Virus record (IMG/VR): IMGVR_UViG_3300023059_000275
Coordinates: 1 to 39,814 of that record
Source of the DNA: a virus
Lineage: Duplodnaviria > Caudoviricetes
Length of the DNA stretch: 39,814 nucleotides
Direction: 5' to 3' (one strand)
The translations under genes and the position numbers were made by a program. Positions 37,342 through 39,814 of this stretch are shown here, one piece after another. The first letter of the stretch is position 1; each line of letters starts with the position of its first letter. The notes below the pieces were generated by a model. The model saw only the letters and a list, made by a program, of their open reading frames with translations. It was not told the origin of the DNA and made no database searches.

Positions 37342-37473
37342 ATACATCTTGATATCACAGATGCTTTTATTAGTTTTGAAAATTCGTATTAATGACACAA
37401 CTCTTTAGTCGAATACAACATTACACCTAAGGAAGGCGCTGCCTTCACTACGCTTGAATTACATTGGGAATCT

Positions 37474-38466
37474 ATGCATAGCCTTCTTCTTGGAAACGGA
37501 ATAAATCGCGTAGCACTGCAAAGAGGTTGGTACGAAATACTAGAGGAACTGGCGCGCAAATTTGGCGGTAAAGACTTGATCCCACATATCGAAACCAAAC
37601 CTTTGTCAATGTTTATCGAGGAACTATGCGCCCGCTCCACAGTTCCATTTCAGAAAGCGGAACATTTGATAAAAGTTGAGTTCGCGAAGCTACTAAACCA
37701 AATCGAACCAGTCGAAGCCCACATTAGGATCTGTGGTCAGTTTAGTGTCATTATGACCACAAACTATGACTTTACGATCGAAGAGGCATTTGCCGGGCCA
37801 CTCCACGCGCCAGCATTTCCCGCTCCCGAATCGAGATATAGCCTCTTCCGTAGACACACTGCGGAAAATAGAGAAATCTGGCATATTCATGGTGATTTAG
37901 CTCGACCTGCCTCAATGGTTTTAGGATTTGACCACTACGCTGGTTACCTTCAAAAAATCCGAAATTACGTCACGGATTCGGTCGAGGTAAAGGGCCATCC
38001 CCACGGACGTGTAGGTAGCCCAGTGAAAAATGGTAATCTAGAGTTCACCGATAATCGAAAGGTCTACTCATGGGTGGATTACTTCCTTCGTGACCACATC
38101 CACATTGTAGGACTGGGCTTAGACTTCACGGAAATTGATCTTTGGTGGTTGTTGCTACACAAGCGACGACGAAAGAATAAAACAGGGCAAGTTTTTTACT
38201 ATCACGCATGTATAGATGAGGCAAAAATTGAAACTCCTATCACCTCCCTGCTCCATTCACTTAATGTTACAGTAGTGCCGGTGATAGCGAGAAACTATAA
38301 CGACTGCTATCTTAAAACTGCAGAGCTCATCGAAACAAATATCGCATCCTTGCCCGAACTATACGCTACTCCACCGAGGAACGAGGAGAAGCTGCATTTC
38401 GAAACGCACCACTACAAACCATCAATCAAGCAGGGAGAACTTAAGTTCCCAAAGATGAGAGGTTAA
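37474..38466 (+). CDS. SIR2-like (SIR2_2/AbiH-like) protein, putative anti-phage effector
   Basis: LLLGNGIN, IMTTNYD, IWHIHG and IVGLGLDFTEIDL motifs; AT-rich relative to the phage core. Confidence 0.8.
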   Translation: MHSLLLGNGINRVALQRGWYEILEELARKFGGKDLIPHIETKPLSMFIEELCARSTVPFQKAEHLIKVEFAKLLNQIEPVEAHIRICGQFSVIMTTNYDFTIEEAFAGPLHAPAFPAPESRYSLFRRHTAENREIWHIHGDLARPASMVLGFDHYAGYLQKIRNYVTDSVEVKGHPHGRVGSPVKNGNLEFTDNRKVYSWVDYFLRDHIHIVGLGLDFTEIDLWWLLLHKRRRKNKTGQVFYYHACIDEAKIETPITSLLHSLNVTVVPVIARNYNDCYLKTAELIETNIASLPELYATPPRNEEKLHFETHHYKPSIKQGELKFPKMRG

Positions 38467-38692
38467 TTAGCACATAAGTTTCACACAGGGTTCGTTGCTT
38501 GCCTCCTCAACTGGCAGCATTATTTCGAAAGCTGCAGGTGTAAGTTTCTAGCGTTCAACTGAAGTCGGGGATTCACGCAAAGCAGATCACGGCCGACTGT
38601 TGCCATTCAAAGTAAAGATTGCGCTGCTCAAGCCCGCCGGAGGGCATGATGAATCTATAAGGGGAAAGCCACTCCGCGCATCACCTAGCTGA

Positions 38693-39814
38693 TTACTCAA
38701 CCCTGGCACCGAGACTAACAGGAGATCGGACAATTTGGCGCAACCATTTCCATGACTTATATCGATCATCCCGCCCGCGCAAGTGAGTATATCTCCGTAA
38801 CGAATTCCAGTCACGATGCCCAGAAACACTCGACACCCTCGGTATGTCCCAATCCATTTCAAACAACCTGCTGACACCTTCGTGGCGTAGGTCATGAAAG
38901 TGCAGATCCTCCACTCCAACCAGCTTGCACGCCCTGGACCATGCCGTACCTATTGAATCTGTATTGTAGGGGAAGATCTCAGCGCACCGGCGCGGCATGC
39001 TTTGAACAATCGCCCATGCCTCGTCTGGCAGATGGCACCACACATCGTTGCCGATCTTCTGCCCGGGGTTCTTCATATCCCGCACTTTCACTGCCTGGCG
39101 GTGTTCATCCAGATCATCCCACCTGATGCGGGCGATCTCGTCCATACGGCGTGTAGAGAAGATGGCAAACGCCACGATCTTCGGCATGTGAATCACAGTG
39201 GGGCGACGTGCAAGCATCTCGAAGAAATGCTCAAGTACCTTATCCAACTCCTCAAGGGTAGGCCGTCGATCCCGCTCCCGACTTTTCATGTTGTAGCCGA
39301 GCCGCTTCAGCACCAGGCGTGCGTCGGGCATAGCCTGGGGGTTGATCTCGTATTCCCATGCCGCCCTGGCAAGAGACAACACTGAGCCTAGGTGAGCCAG
39401 ATCGTTGCCGGCAGTCTGTGGTTTGATGCCACCGCCTACAGCACTCATACGCCATAGGGCATAGTCCACCAACACCTGCTGAGAGATGTCGGAGTCGACC
39501 ACCTCCCCGAGGTAGCTGTTCTTGATAGCCAGGAGGGTCTGCCGCTTCGTCTTACCCAACGGCCGGGCTTTCTCGGCTTCCACCAGGTAGCGATCGATCA
39601 TGTCCTTGACTGCGTGCCCACCACGGTTGGCGCGCTCGATCGCGCCTGGCTCTGCCAACTCTGTCTCTCGCCGCTTCGCCCAAGCCTGAGCTGCCTGCTT
39701 TCGGGCGAACGTCTGGGCTTCTTGGTAGACTAAGACACCCTTTTTCTTGAGGCGGATCTGAACGGTATAGCTAACCGTTCCATCGGCCTTTTTCCTTGCT
39801 CTAATCGTTGCCAT
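38693..39814 (-). CDS. int: tyrosine recombinase/integrase
   Basis: TRRMDEI (R), DMKNP (K), HFHDLRHEG and GHRDWNSLRRY. Confidence 0.95.
   Translation of the reverse strand: MATIRARKKADGTVSYTVQIRLKKKGVLVYQEAQTFARKQAAQAWAKRRETELAEPGAIERANRGGHAVKDMIDRYLVEAEKARPLGKTKRQTLLAIKNSYLGEVVDSDISQQVLVDYALWRMSAVGGGIKPQTAGNDLAHLGSVLSLARAAWEYEINPQAMPDARLVLKRLGYNMKSRERDRRPTLEELDKVLEHFFEMLARRPTVIHMPKIVAFAIFSTRRMDEIARIRWDDLDEHRQAVKVRDMKNPGQKIGNDVWCHLPDEAWAIVQSMPRRCAEIFPYNTDSIGTAWSRACKLVGVEDLHFHDLRHEGVSRLFEMDWDIPRVSSVSGHRDWNSLRRYTHLRGRDDRYKSWKWLRQIVRSPVSLGARVE

Larger units (their letters stand above)
1953..39814. mobile_element. temperate prophage with lambda-like head and P2-like contractile tail; 1-1732 probably also cargo
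   Basis: Complete ordered modules from integrase through lysis; boundaries not visible. Confidence 0.93.

Noticed and set aside
1-39814. attL/attR repeats, tRNA genes, IS elements
   Set aside because: None recognised by eye; the window ends at gene starts, so att sites probably lie outside.

Overview
This window is a near-complete temperate prophage of Pseudomonas type, with the morphogenesis and lysis genes on the minus strand. It combines a lambda-like head and packaging module (TerS/TerL GpA, lambda-geometry cos, portal, S49 protease with nested scaffold, decoration protein, capsid E) with a P2/R-pyocin-like contractile tail. Lysis is split: the holin lies before terS, while the GH19 endolysin and nested Rz/Rz1 lie after the tail genes. 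It also carries a primase-helicase with an iteron origin, a CI/Cro/CII switch with visible operators, and a tyrosine integrase at the right edge. An SOS module (rulAB/umuDC, SRAP, Dam-like MTase, two LexA boxes) sits at the left. Two AT-richer cargo loci are the best candidates for new biology. The first is a DUF262 + HEPN (RxxxxH) pair at the left end that abuts a broken XRE gene. The second lies between the PrtN-like gene and the integrase: a membrane-protein gene frameshifted at an A9 tract plus a SIR2-like gene, bracketed by related palindromes. Other notable signals are a putative prfB-like +1 frameshift (CTT-TAA) in the tail chaperone, an ORF running through the origin iterons, and a possible LexA-controlled antisense RNA in the MTase leader. 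All family calls come from motif recognition, not database searches. att sites were not found.
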